DNA of 15,497 nt from Abditibacteriaceae bacterium. GTDB taxonomy: Bacteria; Armatimonadota; Abditibacteriia; Abditibacteriales; Abditibacteriaceae. Positions 15,155 through 15,497 of this stretch are shown here, piece by piece. The stretch spans positions 1-15,497 of the forward strand of contig JANMKN010000144.1 of NCBI GenBank assembly GCA_031372065.1, read 5' to 3'. Position 1 is the stretch's first letter. The number at the start of each line of letters is the position of its first letter. The position numbers were made by a program, and so were the translations under genes. The notes under the pieces are model-generated. The model worked only from the letters and a program-made list of their open reading frames with translations, did not search any database and had not been told where the DNA came from.

Positions 15155-15436
15155 TTATTTTTGATTACGCTGAGCCCAACGCTTCTTTTGTGATTTTGAA
15201 ATCTGCTCTTTGGTCTCGGCGCTGACCGAGATGCCTGCGGGGCGTCCGCCCTTCCTGCCCGGCCTGCCGGCATATTTCACCGGCTCCCAAGTATGCACGT
15301 CGGATTCCTTGACACCCATGTGCCCTAAAATCAGGACATGGGGCAACCGGCCATCAGCGATGGCCGCGTAAACGGCGGAGCGGGACACTCCCTTGAATTT
15401 GGCGGCTTCGGCAACCGTGAGCAGTTTGGCGGACAT
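15155..15436 (-). CDS. Small excisionase-like HTH (HTH_17/MerR-like) DNA-binding protein with GRP motifs and a NUMOD3-like basic tail
   Basis: LLTVAEAAKFKGVSRSAVYAAIADGRLP is a typical Xis-type HTH, followed by GRPGRKGGRP and SAETKEQISKSQKKRW. ATG 15436 (93 aa) lies just downstream of a perfect extended -10 box. Confidence 0.85.
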   Translation of the reverse strand: MSAKLLTVAEAAKFKGVSRSAVYAAIADGRLPHVLILGHMGVKESDVHTWEPVKYAGRPGRKGGRPAGISVSAETKEQISKSQKKRWAQRNQK

Positions 15437-15444
15437 TTCCACTG

Positions 15445-15453
15445 ATTATAGCA
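15445..15453 (-). promoter_or_regulatory. Extended -10 sigma70 promoter element for the HTH gene
   Basis: The minus strand reads TGcTATAAT, ending 8 nt before the ATG at 15436. Confidence 0.7.
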
Positions 15454-15461
15454 TGACTTTT

Positions 15462-15497
15462 TATACATATCTTGACATTTGTCTATATTTATGTATA
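15462..15497 (+). promoter_or_regulatory. AT-rich imperfect palindrome overlapping a rightward -35 box (truncated by window end)
   Basis: TTGACA at 15472-15477, then 16 nt, then TATA at the window edge. Inverted repeats tatacata (15462-15469)/tatgtata (15490-15497) and gaca/tgtc (15474-15483). Confidence 0.5.

Noticed and set aside
14941..15273. Minus-strand 110-aa ORF spanning the final intergenic region
   Set aside because: It overlaps both flanking genes, has no plausible start after the HTH stop and has no recognisable domain.
1..15497. CRISPR array, rRNA, tRNA, transposase or integrase
   Set aside because: No regularly spaced repeats, RNA-gene signatures or recombinase ORFs were seen.

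Overview
GC-rich bacterial window organised around a divergent carbohydrate-utilisation locus. The left arm (- strand) holds two secreted glycoside hydrolases. One is a GH74 xyloglucanase-type beta-propeller enzyme (<1..1362) that runs off the window edge and is absent from the ORF track. The other is a ~1018-aa multidomain clan GH-A (GH39-like) enzyme. The right arm (+ strand) is a FadR/GntR regulator, preceded by a TGGTATACCA operator, followed by a largely translationally coupled operon. In order it encodes an ApsD-like D-apiose dehydrogenase, an ApnL-like D-apionate lactonase, a ketopantoate-reductase-family dehydrogenase, a metallo-beta-lactamase-fold hydrolase, a Zn-dependent sugar-acid dehydrogenase, an FAH-family protein, a VOC-fold protein, a four-carbon acid sugar kinase (DUF1537) and a DHDPS-family aldolase. 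The main point of interest is that the operon starts like the known oxidative D-apiose pathway (apsD-apnL) but lacks apnO/oiaC/oiaX/oiaT in this window and has a different enzyme set downstream. This suggests an alternative, apparently undescribed route for apionate or a related branched sugar acid (inference). Three consecutive genes carry lesions: a 7-bp tandem duplication in apnL, a +1 T in the panE-like gene, and no canonical start codon for the MBL gene. These could be real or sequencing errors. A 142-bp nested-palindrome element with terminal inverted repeats sits inside the operon. The window ends with a small excisionase-type HTH protein with a NUMOD3-like tail and its AT-rich palindromic promoter region. 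All family calls come from motif recognition and recollection of family sequences, not from database searches. The organism cannot be fixed from sequence alone; the style resembles Abditibacteriota/Armatimonadota, which is only an impression.
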